Below are positions 61,301 to 64,000 of a DNA stretch of 64,000 bases, in pieces. The notes under the pieces were generated by a model that saw only the letters and a program-made list of their open reading frames with translations, was not told where the DNA came from and searched no databases. Source of the DNA: Podarcis vaucheri (taxonomy: Eukaryota); assembly GCA_965113315.1 (NCBI GenBank), contig OZ220364.1, one strand, 5' to 3'. Made by a program: the position numbers and the translations under genes. Position 1 is the stretch's first letter. Each line of letters begins with the position of its first letter.

Positions 61301-64000
61301 ACTGAAAAATGTAAAATCCATAGATCAACCTTAAAATTATTTTTTAAACTGTTTAAAGATAACTTACTGTGTAGTCCTGTATTTATCTAGTCAGAAGTAA
61401 GTCCCAATGGGACTTATTCCTGGGGAAGGGAGTGCAGGATTGCAGCCTTAATTTTAGGGTTTAGTAACTTCTTTGTTTAGAAAGCATGCTTTAAAATAAA
61501 TTACTACTGTGAAGGTAGCTATTGATCAATATAGAGGAAATTATAGGGGTGCAGGGAAAGGACATGACTGACTGCCCTGGGAATCAGAAAAAATAGTTTG
61601 CAATTTGCAAGGCTAAGGATTGATGGTGTCTTCTGCATATGCACACACTACTCATTTTTTGTTATGTTGAGTTTCTTTACGCAGGTTAGAGAGGACTGTA
61701 ATTCAGTGATATATAAATAAAATATCTACTTTTCCTACCACTGACTGAAAAAAGATTAACCCCCTCCACCTCTACATTGGAGGAGTAGTAAAAGGAAGAA
61801 GAGGTTCAGTCAGAAAAACTATTCAAGCTACGTAAAGCTGTATATGGAGAAAAAGCCATTCTTTAAGGGATGTCTTCTATGTCTTACAAATATGACTTGA
61901 TGTGATGTCTGCTTTTTTGCTGCAGACTTCTAGGGAGGCCACAGATAAGATTAAAATCAGTGAGGCAGAAATAAGTCTCATACATAATTAACAAAATCAT
62001 TATGGAGCACAAAAGCTGGTTTGACTGAAAAGGTTTCTGTGCTACTTCTTCCTGCTACTTAGTGTTCCGTAAACATGCAAAAACTCATACTACTGTTACT
62101 TCAGCCCTTTCTAATTCTTCCCGAGATCAAGGCTTTGGTTTGAGGTAAGATAAATTACTCGTTTCTGCAGCTGCTTTTATTCCAAAGGTCTGAAATATTT
62201 TTAACAATCCTATCTCAGCTAGAGAACAAAAGCCATCACATAACCCAAGAGGGGAAGGTCATGTCCATTTTTTAAAAAGCCACATTCTTGTTGAAAAGCA
62301 CAGCCAAACAGCCTATTTAGTCTGGTAGAAAATATGGGTTTCCTGAGGAAATTCTGTGGTGTGTCTATAATAATACAGACCTCTTGTGGTGAAAATATTA
62401 CACGTGCGTGTAGGCAGCATCTGCTGAACCCAAGATTTAAAGGGCACCTTGTTTCTCAGGCTACCTCATTCTGTTTGCCCTGGCATATAATTCTAGCACA
62501 TTTACCAACCTTGCTCTTTACAGGGTATTTTATTTTCCAACATGTTCATGCAAGGAGTGGGAGAGTTAGTGGTAGTGTGCAAACAGATGTAATGTAACAG
62601 CACCTAAAAAACTAAGCACAACTCTCCTACAGGCCTAAGCCCCCTCTGAATTTGGCTGTTGTGCTATATGAAGAATGGTGCTCCTGATAGCAGAATATAT
62701 GTGCTAGTAGGCTGCCACAATTGGATGTCACCCAACTACTTTGGCTTTCACCCACTACTGTAATGAATACATTATAGAGATGTAAGGAAGTGATTTAAAG
62801 TACAGAATGTGCATTTTCATGTATTGATAGAGTGCTGTGGTACATGGTTTTTTTAAGCATATCAACCTGATATTACATAAACTTTCCACAGTAGTTTGTT
62901 TATCATTCAATATCCTTAGCTTTCCCTTGTATCAGAAACCTGAGCCAGAGCAGCAGGAGGACATCATGTTTGCTTTCCACTATGTCAATGTTTGAGGTCC
63001 ACCAGCCCATCAATGGAACAGTTCTTAAGTATACTGGAATTCATTCGTTTCCCAAAATTCAGAAGGACACCCAACCTAGTTGGTCTACCACTGTGGCAGC
63101 AGTACAGAAGATGGTGATCTGACCACACATCTAACATTGTATATATATTTATAATGTATATATTTTTACACCTGCCAACTTGGGGTAATTTTCCATTCAT
63201 CTGCTGAAGCAACTATAATTAATTGCTTAGTCTTTAAAGTTGCAGCAACACTGCTGTTTTTGCTGCAACAGTTTATTACCTCTTTGGAAACGCATGGCAC
63301 TAATTCATTAAGTAATAATCTGACATGATAGATGCCTTCTTGCCAATCCCAGTAATTCCAGGTGAAAATATAATCCAGTTTAAATAGAAATACAGGCAAC
63401 TTATTCCTAAGAATATGTTCTAACTAGCACTGAACAATGAGTGGTAATTCAACCCTAGTATTCCCCAGTGTAGTAATGCTGTGGGCTGTTATGTGAAATA
63501 TGAAGCAGAGTCCCTTAGTCCTAGGAGGAAGGTAGCAGACGTGGTTTAACGATTCTGCTGCTGAGAGGGGCAGGGAACGACGCGGTTAAGAGGGAAAAAA
63601 TATGAAGTGGCACAGTTGGTGCTTTCCTTAATTATGAGAGGAGACGATTCTACAGAGATGGTGCCACAACAGAAAAGGCTCTCATTCTGCTTGTCATCTC
63701 TCTAGGCTGCTGCACAACCAGGAAGGTCTCATCAGCAGACCTTAATGACAGCTCAGGCCAACACATAACAAAGCACTCCCTTAGGTAGCCTGATTTCAGG
63801 TTGTTTAAGGGTTCACATGTTTTTGTTAGATGTTACAAGGAAATAGCACTCATATGAGGGTGGGGCATCAGTTTTGTCTTTTACAATTGTTTGTTCCTTA
63901 GACTAGACAAAATTATGTGCTAGTCTGGTAGCTCACAGAATCTAGTTACTAGAGATACAAGCTAATAGTTTTCAGTGGGGTTTGCCTGCAACCAACTATG

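Noticed and set aside
62930-63400. Exon-like ORFs downstream of DDX46 (minus 63166-63399 and 62985-63212; plus acceptor near 62935)
   Set aside because: No consistent spliced frame and no similarity I can recognise, including to C5orf24, the expected next gene.

Overview
Vertebrate genomic DNA, most likely from a lacertid lizard, judging by Sauria SINE copies, squamate-type L2/CR1 LINE ends and TA-flanked Tc1/mariner MITEs. Three intron-containing housekeeping genes lie head-to-tail on the + strand in the same order as human 5q31: the last 5 coding exons and 3'UTR of SEC24A (<1-3171, polyA signal ~6159), complete CAMLG (4 exons, 10065-16557) and complete DDX46/Prp5 (23 exons, 23766-58102, 1033 aa). 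Exon boundaries were placed by hand from splice signals, frame continuity and recalled orthologue protein sequence. CAMLG and DDX46 each have a CpG-island promoter. Best candidate for an unannotated regulatory system: a 70-nt stop-containing poison exon in DDX46 intron 12 (42210-42279), just before the DEAD-motif exon. Also notable: a GC-AG intron in DDX46, an in-frame alternative acceptor at DDX46 exon 3, a 1-nt frameshift removing the CAMLG C-terminal EVP, and a fairly intact L2 RT fragment positioned to be read by divergent transcription from the DDX46 promoter. No prokaryote-type systems are present. Most short ORFs in the supplied track are spurious.
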